DNA from: Phoronis australis
Taxonomy: Eukaryota > Animalia > Phoronida
Reading direction: 5' to 3'
NCBI GenBank assembly: GCA_002633005.1
Contig: NMRA01000468.1
Coordinates: 288,917 to 348,383, forward strand
Length of the DNA: 59,467 bases
Under the pieces are notes generated by a model. It made no database searches, was not told the origin of the DNA, and saw nothing but the letters and a program-made list of their open reading frames with translations. The position numbers and the translations under genes are program-made. Below are positions 37,594 to 51,276 of this stretch, one piece after another (position 1 is the stretch's first letter; every line of letters begins with the position of its first letter).

Positions 37594-39605
37594 TACGGTG
37601 GTAGAGATATCATCGCTATTTTAAATAAATGAATGTTTACATTTACCTTGTTCTCCTAGGGGTAAAAAAATCATATCTAAGTGAGAAAGAATCCGCCAGG
37701 ATGGAAACTTGATTCCTGTCTGGTGTAAATAAATTAAACTCGGTTGGAAATAATTTCAACCCTAGTGTGAAAAAGTGTCTCCAAAATGGGAAGAGTTTAC
37801 ACCTAGGTGAGAATGAATTGACCGGAAATATTTTCTATGCTGGTGTAAATAATTTCGAACAAGGTGGAAAAGATTCCATAAGGTGATATGTATTTCCACC
37901 CAGGCGCATGTTGTTTCAACATACATGTAGTCGTAAATAGTCAACACAAGGGGGGAAATCATTTGCACTCTGGTGACAACATATTCCACCTAGTATGTGG
38001 ATGTATTTTCCACCCTGGTGAAATTGTTTCAACCCAGGTGCAAACCTGTTCTCACCATACACGTACTTCATAAGGTTGGAAAACATGACGCACGAACTCT
38101 TAGATATGAATCGACCTTATCCAATAAGAAAGCATAGGTACTGTCAGTCTCGTCCATACAGTTGGGCGTTGGTCGAATCCCTTCCCCCATTAGAAGTTGG
38201 GATAATTTCTCTTAATCAGGGCTGCTAAAGCACACTGGTTGACTGTCAGTAGGTTAGAAATGGCTTCTAGTTCAGCGTTGTTGGTTTCATTCTTTCAGTA
38301 CACTCCCGCAGTACTTTACGGTAAAAATTTGAAACACCGAGTCTTCCAGACGGACAAAAATAGAATCTTGACGATCGAATATGTTGCATGTTCCAGAACA
38401 CACTTATTTCGTCTAATTCAGTTTTCAGCATGTGTATATCGAAAACTACAGCAGTCTTTATGTAAGGTATTTGATGGGCAATTACTACATCAATTCCCAG
38501 TTTCTTGAAATGATAAATCCATGTTGTACAGCGCTTTCTCCAACAAAATTTCTCTGGTTGGTTTTGGAGCGTCCATATAAAAGCACGATGTCTGAATTGT
38601 AGCGCGTGCGTCATTGTTCACATTGCGTAAAGACTGCATTTGCGCAGTGCTTGTTTTTTCAGATCAACAATTTGCTCTCACCACATTCGAAAAGCCACCA
38701 ATTGAATTTGAAAAATATTAGCAAACTACTGATGGGCCGTTGCTTGTTAAGGCTACCTCTAATAATAAAATACTGCGTGAAAAGCTGACAATTCCAACGC
38801 AATTATACAAATCAAACTTCTTCAGTTCATCCCATCGGCTGACATGCCAGAGTTCATTTGGACCTCTGGTACAATATTGCCTTCTTTGGAGACGTCTTTG
38901 TCTTCCTAGTTCGACACCTCCTGCGTGTAGGCGCTTTACACCACTCACGCAATTTCGCAATCACCGATGACTTAGTGCACCTTCTGAAAGATTGGCGTTT
39001 GCAGCTACCAAGTAATGACCATTTCAGAAGATTCTTTGAGTTAGTCGCTGAGTACCTCCACCCTCGGCCAAGTCTCTCTAAAACAAATTTCAACTGAACA
39101 CGATTAATATTTTAATCGTGACAAACACACATTAATTCAATTGTTTCCCTGTACTTGAACCCCAGATGAAAGTAATACATAACCAAATTGTCTCTGTTTA
39201 AATCTCCAAAAAGTAGAGAAGGCGCCTACCCTGTAATTTAATCGCAGATGTGTTGAAAGAAATGACTGCCACAATTGACCTTCTCCTCAAAACAATTAGT
39301 CCAAGCACAACAAATACGAAAATAGGTGCCCAGATAAATTAGATATCGGCCCAGGCTGCAATTTTTAGCCGGTATGAGTAATTTACACATAGGTTAAAAT
39401 AGTTTCTACCCGGGTGCAAACTATTTTCATTTTGGTCAAAATAATTTCCAACCGGGTGGATATTACTTTTCGATAAAACTTTTAAAAACTGACGATGAAA
39501 ATATTTCCACCCAGTTGAATTCATTTTCACATAGGCGTAAATTGTGAAACAAAAAAAAAACAAAAGTTTATCTATAATGGCTGTGATAATATTTCGGCCA
39601 CCGTG
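37594..39605 (-). mobile_element. IS3EU-like DDE DNA transposon, degenerate
   Basis: Minus-strand remnants GVELGRQRRLQRRQY...GPNELWH...FSRSIL, VVRAN...YGRSKTNQR and ELDE...WN..HIRSS...CPSGR match the eukaryotic IS3-like integrase-core pattern. Imperfect TIRs TACGGTGG.../...CCACCGTG and many subterminal cacc(c/t)agg repeats. Confidence 0.7.
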
Positions 39606-39693
39606 TTATCATGAAGTTTCAATTTATTGTAGAATTGCTTTGTCTTTAAAATAATAACATCTTCTTGCACTCCCACGGTTTGTTTGCCAATAG

Positions 39694-39784
39694 GACATCA
39701 ACATTTTGGGCAAAATTTACTTGACACCTCCAAAAATTAACGGTTACACCCCTGGTGGCGGTGGTGATGGTAGCAGTTTTATTG
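39694..39784 (+). CDS. ANK-ZU5-protease gene: Gly-rich linker exon (DINILGKIYLTPPKINGYTPGGGGDGSSFI)
   Basis: caatag acceptor, gtaaaa donor. Phase 0-1 joins the ZU5 exon to the protease exon in frame. An 82-nt intron follows. Confidence 0.6.
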
Positions 39785-39866
39785 GTAAAAATATTACAGC
39801 CAGTGTTGATAGTAGTTATACGATAAAAATGGGTAGTCAGTCTGAAATGAGCACTTATATTTGTAG

Positions 39867-40070
39867 GGGCACCCCTACAGTTGATGTTGGCTCGTGACAC
39901 GTGCAGGGATGACATTTCCAAACACTTCTTGGACAAATTGACTAGTGCATTCTCATCTGTAGCAAGGATAACGTGGTCTAATGATTTGTGTGGCACAGGG
40001 TTCCGCGTTGGAACACGCTACCTTATGACTAATTACCACGTGGTTAAGGAGGTGACTGCTGATGTTCCAG
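39867..40070 (+). CDS. FAM111-like trypsin-like serine protease exon with catalytic His (CGTGFRVGTRYLMTNYHVV)
   Basis: ttgtag acceptor, gtaaat donor, phase 1-1. GTGF...TNxHV is the trypsin-like peptidase motif. Confidence 0.92.
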
Positions 40071-42984
40071 GTAAATCATTCTTGTCAACATAAGCACATG
40101 TAAAAGAATTCTCCCAGACCCTGAGAGCTTGTTGTATCACAGGATGGGGACCTGTATTTCGTAGTTCGATTTGTCATGGGCATGAGAATTAATTACTAAG
40201 AGATTACGCTAAAAAGAATGATTTGCTGTACTTTACCTCGTTTCAGACGCTCATATTGAGAAAGAACTTTGTTCCGTGGAGAATCAGTCACTATTTTAAC
40301 ATGAATTAACGTAGTAAGGATTCTATACTACTTACGCAAGGGGACCTAACTGAATTGTATTTCCAAATTTGCAGTTCAAGAGTTATTTATTGTTTTTCTG
40401 TTCAAATGTTTTTGTGTTTGAGGACAGAAAGAAAGGGAGAAAGGACCATTCACTCAGACAATTACTCCTGACTATTCTCGTCATATTTTCAAAAGCAGTT
40501 GATAACAATAACATGGTGTACAGGCTTTCCCAAACTTATAAGTCAGGTTTACTTTGTGTTTTTCAATTTTATAACAACAGGGATTATGATTTTGAGGTAA
40601 ATTGTTTAAAGGCAAAGATTTTTAATGCTAATTGTTGTTGAGTGCGAGTACATGTAAAATAGAGAGCTATAGTTATGAAAAAGTTTGTCATAGGATAAGT
40701 ATTGGGAGACCTTATAAACTGTAGCAAAACATCAGATCGTTTTTATTTAAAAGAATATATTCGTTTAAGACACTTCATCAAATTAGTTTTATATAAGGCA
40801 AGAAATGCTGAACATGTTTGCAATAATAAATCACATGCTCCAATATGGCCGACGCGATCCAAACAAAGTGACACAAATTTCGCCACAAAACTTGCAATAA
40901 CTTTACAGTGCTTGCGCCGGTTTTGATACTTTTTCGATTTTTACGGAGTAGAATGTACTACTTTTCCGATGATAGCAAAGTACTTTTTCAAAACGAGGAA
41001 AAAATAAAACTGAAAAAAATAGGTTCGACCCATATCGGTTCCTAGGTTCGACCGGCCTACGTAAGGAACTAAATACCAATGCTATTTTAACATACTAAGT
41101 ACGCGTAACATTCCAAAAAAAATCAACGACCACAAACTACAAACTATAAATACACTACATATGCAAACGAATCACGATATATTACTAACAAAACAAAATA
41201 ATGAAAACTTTTCGAGCAAGCCATAGCACATTCAGTTACAAGGAAAAAATGGCGGCGTTCAGGACAAGTTCCTGAACTGATGAGCCGGAAATGTGGGTAC
41301 GGAAATAACCGATGACAACCGGTAATCATACGCTCAGAGAAAAGGGTCAACTACGGTTGAAAAATCGCTTTTGGCAAGAAAGGCGAAAAGAATGTAAATA
41401 AAGGGTGTCGAAAATAAGATTTTATGTAGTAAGTATTTTCGGATACTAGAACCACATGGGCAGTTTGCAACAAGGACTTTAAACACTTTAACAAAATGAT
41501 CTGTGGGAAATGCAAAAGTGAGGGAAGAAATATTTAATTTTTTTTCTCGAAAAAGTTGTAACATGTAATAGTAATTATCAAATTTATCGCACCAGTTTTG
41601 CAAATGGGTTTTTAGTACATACTTTATTGAAATGCACATAAATATTATTGTTATAGCTTATTAGTTTACGTTTGCTCCTGTCATTTTTTGGATTAAAATC
41701 TAAACGATAGTATTGTATTTGAATGTCAAACATTCTATTTATTTCTCGACTTGAGCACCTCTCAAGTTAGTTGTTTTTTTCATCGTCTAGGAAGCCACTA
41801 ACAAATAATAATCCACAGCTATAAACATCTTCATTGAACGAAGATTTGCTATTTGTATTAGTTCTCCATTTTGCCAAATTAAATGATCCTCAATGGTACA
41901 TTTTTTAAAAAAAGGTTTGTTAAGCTGTGCGCTATCACAATTACCTTCCTTATAAAAGTTATATTATATCGCTGTTTTCAGCTTGTTAACTTCAAAATTG
42001 CATGACCATATCAAGTCTCCTCCAAAACTTCCAAGAACGTGTGTAGGAAAAAAGTTCCAAGTCCCTTGCTCGGGATACTGGAGTTTCATAATCCAGTCCG
42101 CTGAAAGGCATTCCTTTACCAAATTAATAATTGTAACTCTTAATTCACCGTCCTAAGATAATACCATGGTAACCCTTTTTACCGTTGGAGATTTCCCCTG
42201 CCCATATGTCCCTTATTTATTTTTTTGCAAAGTCATTTGGCAGGGCAAGGACAGATATCACATGGTTGAGCTTTATTAAACCCATTGTTTTAGTTATAAG
42301 TATTCTACCTTTTTGTAATTAGTTTTCTTGATTTCAAAGTAGCGTGGGTTTCCTTGAGTTTTACTATTTTTTTTCTTCAACGTTCTCCCTTTTCTATCCC
42401 TTTCTTAACTACCAAAATACATACCCAGGGTGATCCGATACTGATATTTCCTTATTCAGATACGATGTTTTACAAACACTTTAAGTAAAAATCAATCTAT
42501 CAGCATACATGTAAACAATGGCATCAATTCATTGACCAAATTTTGTTTTATTCACATATTCAAGGTAAAATCTCAAAAACCCTGTCACAGTTTTGTGAAT
42601 TATTGCTTCGTTTTTATCCAACTTTTATTTTTCCATAAAAACACGAAAAACATTCTTGTTACTTCTCATACAAAAGTGGAACATTTTGCAAACAATTCCT
42701 CATCGAGTTTTGGAGAACATTGCTCAAAGCACAATGTCTAAAAGTTTAAATTAAACCTAATCAACCATTTCCAAGTAACGATGTTCCGACGTTAGCCAAA
42801 CTTGGCCATTTTTCCAGAATGTGACATAATCTTAAAGAACTATAGGTGACTAGATATTTTTAGAAAAGTAGCGGTATTTTCAGCCAGTTAGCTATTCTAT
42901 GGTCTTAAACATATGCATTTGTTCAACTGAACTCAACTATTATTAAAATCTCTTGGTCTGTTTACACCGCCATCTTTTCTATTT

Positions 42985-43035
42985 ACATTTTCACGACGTT
43001 TCGGTTGGTCCATTCTCCAGCCATCGTCAGGTGTT
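42985..43035 (-). ncRNA. Hammerhead-ribozyme-like motif (Penelope terminal-repeat type)
   Basis: Minus strand reads CCTGACGA-tggctgg-agaatgga-ccaacc-GAAAC-gtcg, followed by an A-rich tract. Stems I and III were not verified. Confidence 0.5.
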
Positions 43036-44199
43036 CCCGCGAGTACAGATATAGGGTACCCTCATGGTGTGATTTTTTGTCTGAGGCAGGATTTGAACCC
43101 ACTACTTCTGAAACTAAAAATAATTCGCAGAACCGACAAAACTGCTATTTCACCATTAAATACATTTTCAAAAAGCAAAGTGTTAACTGAAAAGTATTTC
43201 AACGTTATATGAAGGCAAGCAATGAAATATGAAAGTATGTACATTCATGTTAACGTACCCTCTCTCCGTCTATTAGAACTCGGCCATTGAAACCCGCTCG
43301 TGGAACTATTTCCGTGAAAACGATAGCGCTCTCACAATGCGCTATTCAAGACCACCGGCGTTCTCGCGCCACTTCCTGTTTTAATCACCATACTTCAGCC
43401 AGAGCAGATTCGCTTGAAGGGATGTCTTATGGGAAAGTCACCCAGCGAATTAATACGATTATGGAATGTGTAAAAATCATACAGATACCTCTATTGCCAC
43501 AGGTTGTTGGTTCGAGGGGGTCGTGCGTCATGGGTCTTTCAAAATAACACTCCCACAATCCAGTCAAATGGTAATGTGAGTGACTTACCACGCTTGTCAC
43601 TTTAAGAGTGATCCTTTTCAAGGGAACGCCCTTGTATTACCAGTTTAGAGGGATTGCCACAGCGATTTTGGAAGAGGCCCAAAGGTTAGCACATTCAAGG
43701 GCCCAAGTTATTGTTAACCCGCCGCTGGTGCTAACTACACCAAGGAAACCGCACAGTGTGACAGAATGCCTGTCTTATCTTCATCGGGAGATACAAACAA
43801 AACCGTTAGAAATGCCCCCACTGACACATTCTCAATTGGCTGACATATTTTCAACAGCCCGTTAGTGTCTGGTGGATACGCCGCTTTGGAAACACGAAAT
43901 CTGGGTAGAATTCAACTTTGCTAGACAAGCGAGAGATATCACCGTGTATTTTAAATGGAAACACGTGTTTTGGCTAGATTTTTCTTGCATCTACTGAGCA
44001 CTACAAATGTACCCTCGTAGTAACATCCTGGGGTAGACTGGTGTAGGCTGTGGTAGCCTATAGTTTGGTGGAAACGCCTGTACTCCATCTGTACACGGGT
44101 TGAGACTGCGGGGTACCTGAGCATGCCTTGGATTAGCTACAGTAGAAGTTACGTGGTTGCTTTCCTGCTGATGTTATCTTCATGCATCGTACATTTAAC

Positions 44200-46023
44200 C
44201 AGAAGTTGTTACTTAAAAACCAAAGGCATTTTGGCACCAAATTTCATCATGAGTGTGTGACCTATAGATCGTTTAAAACCTTTGATGACTAGGCCTTCAA
44301 ATCGGATCTTGCTCTTGCTCCCTGGTCAGTCATCGATGCCTATGCTGACATTGGTGATGCTCTTGATGCATGATACAAGTTATTTAACAGTATTTTAGAC
44401 GAACATGCTCCATGGAATACTAGACGTGAGAAGAGATTACGTCAGCCTGAATTGTTTAGTGGTGACATTTTTGAAGCTATAAAGCTCAGGGACAGTTTAC
44501 GTAAGTGCGGAAATTATGAGGGCTAAAAATCAGAGCGAAATCGTGTTGTAACAATTATAATTAAAAAGGTTAAGAGTGACTATTACACTTTGCTGATCAG
44601 TAGTGATCTCAAGAATTCCAAAATGTTATGGAAAGTCAACAGAAAAGTTGCTCCTAAGGAAAAATCCTCATTACCTGCCATGACAAAATTCAGATTGCCA
44701 ATAATTTTAACAGTTTTTTACTGACATAGCTAGCAAACTTACTCGTGATCTTAAAGATACACACGCCACTCATAAAGATTTGATTGGCTTTCTTAGTCCA
44801 GAGTTGAAAGTGACATAGGTTATGATATTCCTCTGGTAAATATGGAATTTGTAAACGGTCTTAATCTTAAAAAATGATCTCTCTTTAGTCTGCGAAAACA
44901 CGGTTGACATGTATGCAGATGATACTACTTTGTCTGTTGTGGCAAAGTCGCTGATCGCTTTAAAGGACAGTCTCCAGTCTGATCTGGATATGGTTGCTAC
45001 CTGGTGTACTGATAATAAAATGGTAATTAATGCTGAAAAAACAAAATGTACGAGTATTGCCTCAGAGTAACGGCAAAGTAGAAGTAATCTTGTTATTTCC
45101 AATGTACACCTCAAATTTGTTGACAGTGAAAAGTTATTAGGTGTTACTGTAGACAAGACCCTCAGCTGGTCTAGCCATATAAATGGGACTGTGTCCAAAA
45201 TTAGGCCGCGCCTTGGTCTTCTCCGGCGTATATCACCATTTCTTCCCACAGAAGGGCGCCTGCAATATTTCAGCGCTTGTGTATTCCCTCGGTTAGTTTA
45301 TTGTAGTACAGTGTGGCCAGGATGCAATGGAAAATTAGTTACCTCTTTATTGAAGGCTCAGCAGCAGGCGGCCAGACTTGTTCCAGGTGTGCCTTTTGAC
45401 ACTCTATCAACTCATATGTTCATTAGACTGGGTTGGCTCCCTGTTGACAAATATTTTATTTATAGGCGTTTGTGTATGATGCATAGGTACTTTCACGGTA
45501 CTGTACCGACTTATTTATCTCGTTATCTCGCACTTCTTCGAAATAGCCACCAAATCAGGCCAAGTTTTTGTGCCTCAAACAATTTGGTTTTGTCCAAACA
45601 CAGAACTTCGTTTTATTCTAAGTCCTTCTTTATTCAGACCATCCAACTGTGGAACAATTTGCCTAATAGTCTTAAGGATGCTGACCGTTATGATAATTTC
45701 AGACACCACCTCATCAGTTACCTGTGGTCGTCATAGCTATCCCAACTTTTTGTCTTTCCAATACATATACCATAAACATTTTATTTATTTATTTATTATC
45801 TTTAATTCAATTCGTAAATCCAATTTGTAAATACTATTATATTTAATGTATCTAGTTGTATCTAAATTTAATCTGTTTATCTAACTTAATTTAATTAATC
45901 TAATTTCTTGCTGCAGAGGACCATGCTGGATATTAGCCTTTGGCTAATGCCTATTTTACATTTATTGTATTTTTATCCTCTTTCAATGAAGTTCATTATT
46001 CTTCTTCTTCTTATTATTATTAT
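44200..46023 (+). mobile_element. CR1/L2-type LINE 3' fragment, degenerate and internally deleted
   Basis: YRSFKTFDD...APWS...ILDEHAP. MYADDTTL with YADD at 44912-44923. LLGVTVDKTLSWSSHI. LWNNLP. 3' UTR ends in a (CTT)n(ATT)n tail. Confidence 0.9.
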
Positions 46024-46375
46024 AAGTAACGTGACCTGCGTGATAATTCACCATAAATTATTTAATTAGGAATTGAAATATTTATTGATAATCCATGTAA
46101 ATGCATATTTTGCGTATTGGCTACAATTTGCTGCTTAGTTTAGGAATTCAAAACAAACTGTTCAGTTTACTTCCAGCTAGGCCTACATGTACATGGAGGT
46201 ACCCATCTTGTGACCAATCTTGCCTTCGGGCTGCCTGAACTATAATTCCAAATAACGTTCCAAGTGAAAACAGTCATTGCCGTCAAAGCTTGGAAATACC
46301 CAATGGTGTTCATTTTGTATTAATATCAATCTCATCACATTCTTCCAATGCTCATCACTGCTTCCACAACTTTAG

Positions 46376-46689
46376 GTCAAGTTCGACAGCAAAAACGATC
46401 CTGCATGTTCAACTACAACAGAACACCCCGTGACGGTGATGCTAGAAACTTCCAGCAACTTTCATTTGCACCTCACCCCATTGTCGTGTATGACGAGGAA
46501 CTGGATTATGCAATTCTGGAATTAATAGACGACCCAAATAACCCACTGCCAAAGCCATTGGAAAAGTTTAAAAGGCTCAGAGATGCAAACAAGACAATAA
46601 GTTTTGCTGGCCATCCCAAAGGCGAAGCCATGAACGTGCAACTGCAATGTTCAGTGGTTCGCACGTCCGGTCAAGATTTAATGAAATTG
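46376..46689 (+). CDS. FAM111-like serine protease exon with catalytic Asp (DEELDYAILEL...FAGHPKG)
   Basis: ctttag acceptor, gtgagt donor, phase 1-0. F.Y, LDYAILEL and GHP motifs. Confidence 0.92.
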
Positions 46690-48398
46690 GTGAGTTCGGG
46701 TTGCAAGATATATTTTTACGTTAACAAATTTTGCTTTGGAGTGTGTTTACAATCTGTGGACGGATAGAAAATAAAGTAAACGGTCCAGCAAAAATCCTAA
46801 ATCATGGTACTGGAGTCTTTTGTTGATTCTGCACCTCACTCACTATTATGCCATGGATAGTAAACTCATGGAAAATGTGTCTCTAAGATACCCCAGATTC
46901 TGTGTATTTACTAAGGGTAACATCAAAAACGGCTGTGTACCCCTATTAGAATTGTCCCTTTTATTGTTTCGTGAACCATTCTGTGACATTTTATAAGGAT
47001 ATCATGTCTGTCGTCAGATGTTTGTGACGGCCAAACCATTGAACTTCTTTTATGAGAACACCTTTTCCCGGTAAAATAGACGGTTTACACAGCGACATAA
47101 TTTTGTAAGTAGAAGCACATCTTCGTCGGGCAGGAATGGCAGATTGAAGGACCGCTAACAAGTCTTCACTACAACTGAAGTACGTGGGTAGAGTCAGGGG
47201 AACAAATTAAAGTACATTTAGAGAGAAAGAGAAGGAGTGAGGGATTGAGGCTGGTAGGGAGGGAGGGAGAGGAAGAGGGACAGGGACAGCGACAGGGAGT
47301 TGGAGAGAGAGATAGCGAGACAAATAGAGATGGAGAACGAATAACACCTACACAGTACCCTTAGTGGTTTATATGTCACAGTCAATGGAATTGATCATAG
47401 TGTATTCTGGAAGGGCAAACTGTTCGGAAACTGATAGAAGGCATTTGATGCGCCCACATACATGTATATGTATGCGTGCATATTTTTGCATATTGTCGTC
47501 ACTCTGTCGGGCCACTGGGCGTTATGTTGTTCGAGTTGACCGTTCGATATCTCGAAATCCATGGAAGTATTTTGATGAGATTTGGCACAAGGGTGTAGGG
47601 CATCAGTACGTGCCACTCAACAATCTGACTCGCCCGCTGGCGTCAAGGGGCGTGACGTTTTCAGTATTTTGAGGGTGTGATGACTTTTGGATGATATCTG
47701 GAGAATAGATCGACGGATTTCAATAAAGCTTGACGAAGAGATATGTAAGATCAATGCGGCGGCACCATTTAATTTTCAGGCGAATGCGATTACTTCGGCA
47801 CACCCTAGTTGCCGTTTTGTTCTCGGGAGGTGCATTTTATGTGTTATTTTTGGGGAAGATAGTACTTGATGATATCTTGAGAACCGATTGGCGGATTTTA
47901 ATAAAAATTGACACAGAAGTATGTAATGAAAATGAAAAAGCACCATTTGATTTTCTTGGCCATGTTGTGTGGCAGTGTTTCCGGGTTTTATGAGGAGAAG
48001 TCAACGACCTCAGATTCTACTATGCGACATGGGAAAATCTCAAATCCCAGCGAAATCGACGCTTTGAGTACCAAAGTCGGACAATTAATCCCTCTTAATA
48101 TGTTTTAGACTTCGTGCTGAATTCCAAGTTTTATACTGTCCTAGATTCGTTAGCTATGATTCACAGTTGTCCCAATTATTTTAAGAAATCAGTGTATTTA
48201 CTACCACAGCAGTCAGCACACATCAAAGACGCTCTTAAGTTATAACATAAAGTAAGCGTACGGAAGTTGCAATTGTTCAGCAAAATCGGGTGAGATCGGT
48301 GAAATACGCGCCACAAGAGAATGTGTTTGTCCGAGCTCCATGTTCATTCGTTGGCGAGAGGAATTGGTAATGAATATCCACTTCCATGGAGGATTTAA

Positions 48399-50440
48399 AG
48401 GAGTTCGTCAGCCGATTTATTTAGTCTTTTTACCGTCTTAATCGGTCACTTTGTATACGGTCGATCTTACCTCGCCAATAGGTGTCTCGTTTACCTGTGA
48501 GGAAGGTGAAAAACGACGCAGCGACGTCAGTCGTTCTGCAAAGTGAGTGCGTTATGGTGTGGTGTATCGTTCCCGCTTGCACGAACTATGAAGCTGCCAG
48601 GAAAGCGCGTGTATCGTTTTTTCGATTTCCTCGATAGCCATTAATGCTTCAAAAGCGGCTCTCTGCTGTGAAGAATGGAAAGCACGCATTTAATACCAAG
48701 TATGAAGTCGTGGAACCTTTTCATGTTTGTTGCCTTCATCTCGACCACAGTGATTTCACTGACAAATGCTGGCTTACCAAACAGCTCACGCCAGGGCAGA
48801 AACAGAGACTGAAGCTGAAGCCAGGTACTGTACTTGGTGAGTTTGCATTCGGAAGGAAGGAGACAAAGAAACACAGGTTAGCTGTTGATCAGTTTTTGAT
48901 AATGGAGAATCATAGTTTGCTATGAAAACGTAAACAACTACAATTAATTTAAGGCATGAGAACATAGCGTTTTACATAAAATGTTTGAAGACTTAGTCGC
49001 TTGTCAGGCTTCTGTTTGGACCTCTGGGTGTAGGGTGTATTCGCCAGTTCATTTCCCTGCCCTTAAAACGTGGTTAGCACACCTCTTTTTAGATGCGATG
49101 CAAAATCAGGATTCTCAGTGAGACACATCTGCGCCTCTCCAAGAAGGCGTTTCACTTGCGGAATTTCGTGGCAGCAAACGCAAGGGTCAGTCTTTTCCAT
49201 TATCGTGCAGTTAGCGCACTGATACCATGACAATTCATCCAAACGGTATGGTCAGTTGTCAGTGCACGTTCACGCCGCCTCTCTAGTGTTTCTTGACCAG
49301 TGTATTCCGGTTTGAACTAATAGCCTGTGAAACCTAATGATTGACCTGTGGAGTTTTCGTCGGATGAGCACTCGTCTATGTCGGGATTGCAAGTTGCCAT
49401 GGTGACGTTTATTATTGTGCGTTTTGTTTCAAAATGATTTGTTCTCGCCTTAACCAATGCTTATATAAAACTGAAACAAAGCCTGTCTCTTAGATAGAAT
49501 TTGTGATGCCTTTGGAGTGTTCGTGAGTGCAAATATTTCGAGAAGCCAGCAATGAATAAATCACTGCATAAACGGCTTTTGATGCAATGAAGGTAATTGG
49601 TCGGGAACCGAGGCCGTGTGAGCGCACGCTACATCAGAGCTTGCTGACATAAATCTGTTGTGAAACAATAACTTAGTTTTATGTCCTATGGCCAGATGTT
49701 AGGGGAATCCTTGTAGGTATACATATGCATTATTTGAATCACTGTTACTGTACAACTTTTTCCCTGACGGTTCTGTGGAAGGGGAAACTGACTTAGCGGC
49801 CCCCCACGAGAAAATAAATTTGCAGTTTCGCGACTAATTCACCAAAATAGTCAAATGCACGTTATTTCTTTGGCTCTATATATTATTGTGGCCTGAAGTC
49901 TAGTTTCTAAGTTTGGCTAGTTTATGTTCATGCTGCCAGTCTGGCGACGACGGACCTGATCGGGTTCCGAGCCAGTGGCTTGGATAGCAAGTGTTTTGTG
50001 TATTTAGAGCTGAAAAAATCACGTGCCAAAAATGACAACACACAGCTATGTTTTCCTGGTTATATTTCGAAATTATCATCGAACACACCCCAAACTCCCG
50101 TGAATAACCATAGGCAATTGGTCTACCGAACTTTGTGAGCTACAGTACTTCCAAATACCTATAAATCCGTGACAGCGAATTAAAACAACCCCTTTTTTCA
50201 AGAACTCGATGAAATTGTAAGGGTTTTATATCGAATTTTAATGAATTTAAGCGTTGCGCCAGTAAGCTTGTATTAAACTGCTGAACAGACTAGCTTTGAA
50301 TCTGTGACGTCATTTGTTACTTTCAATATCTTTGCCTGTCACCAGTTGTCAGGTAAATGATCTGTGCTTGTTGTTATCGAGTGGAACTATTCGATCTCAT
50401 TTGATACAAAATAGGTTGTGTTTTTGAATGTCATTCTCCT
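48399..50440 (+). mobile_element. Kolobok DNA transposon (non-autonomous; THAP and KolX remnants)
   Basis: TTAA on both sides and AGGAG...CTCCT termini. + strand from 48554: MVWCIVPACTN...VSFFRFPR*...HVCCLHL...DF...LKPGTV (THAP). - strand from 49400: RLDELSWYQCANCTIMEKTDPCVCCHEI...CLTENPDF (KolX/P2X7-C-like Cys-rich). Homologous to 32782-34459. Confidence 0.88.
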
Positions 50441-51032
50441 TTAAGAGGTACGCGTAAGATTCCGAGAATGGGGCAAGGCACGACCGTATGATTTTTTTGT
50501 ATACGATTTCGGCAACATCACTTTTCAATTTTCGAAACATCAGATTTGAGTTGGCGACATAAGATTTTTGTCAGCTCGCCAAGTGCGACTTGACGTTAAC
50601 CCAAAGTCGAGCAACTGGAACCGATTGAATAATTTCATTGAACGTTGGCATAAAGGTCTTTCATTTGATATTTTGGTGGATTCAAATACTTCAGCGCCAT
50701 TTTGTGTTTAAGCGTTTTTGGATTATGTGTAGAGAACTGGTTAAAAGATTTCCATGAAAGTTAACTCAGAGGTATCTTATGGCAAAGCGATTGCACTCTG
50801 TAATGTCTATGCACATTCAATCACTTCAGAATCTGTGGTGGATATCTTATTTTCGGTAAGGGATTTGTTGTTTGGAGAAAAGCATTTGTGAATAATATCT
50901 AGGGATCCGATTTTTGAATTTTACAAAGTTATACCATTAGATTGCGCCAGCTCCACTGGATTTTCATGCGGATTCAGCTACAGCAGCGCTTACTAATAGC
51001 CAGTTTGTTTGCGAACGTTTCTGGATGAGGTG

Positions 51033-51276
51033 CATGCACGCATCCAAAGGAGGCTCGAGCGACCCCCCAATTTGGCGAAGTGGGCAAAAAAGTTCAAGCT
51101 CAGAGAAATTAAGTCTCCGGAAAAAGTGGAAAACGCGAGAAAAGTCCTTTTGAAACCAAGAACCAGCAAAATTCGGGTGATGTACAATTCATTGCTCTGA
51201 ACCTACCAAGTGAATCTTAGTAAAAGGTCTAAATTCTCAAAATTTGAGCCCCCGTTTTTAGGCTGGGTGCGCGCAT
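51033..51276 (+). mobile_element. MITE with ATGCGCGCACCCA-type TIR
   Basis: catgcacgcatcca...tgggtgcgcgcat. Inverted homolog at 54835-55047; a 3' end also occurs at ~11355-11393. Confidence 0.7.

Noticed and set aside
44770-45249. 159-aa minus-strand ORF
   Set aside because: Antisense shadow of the LINE reverse transcriptase remnant.
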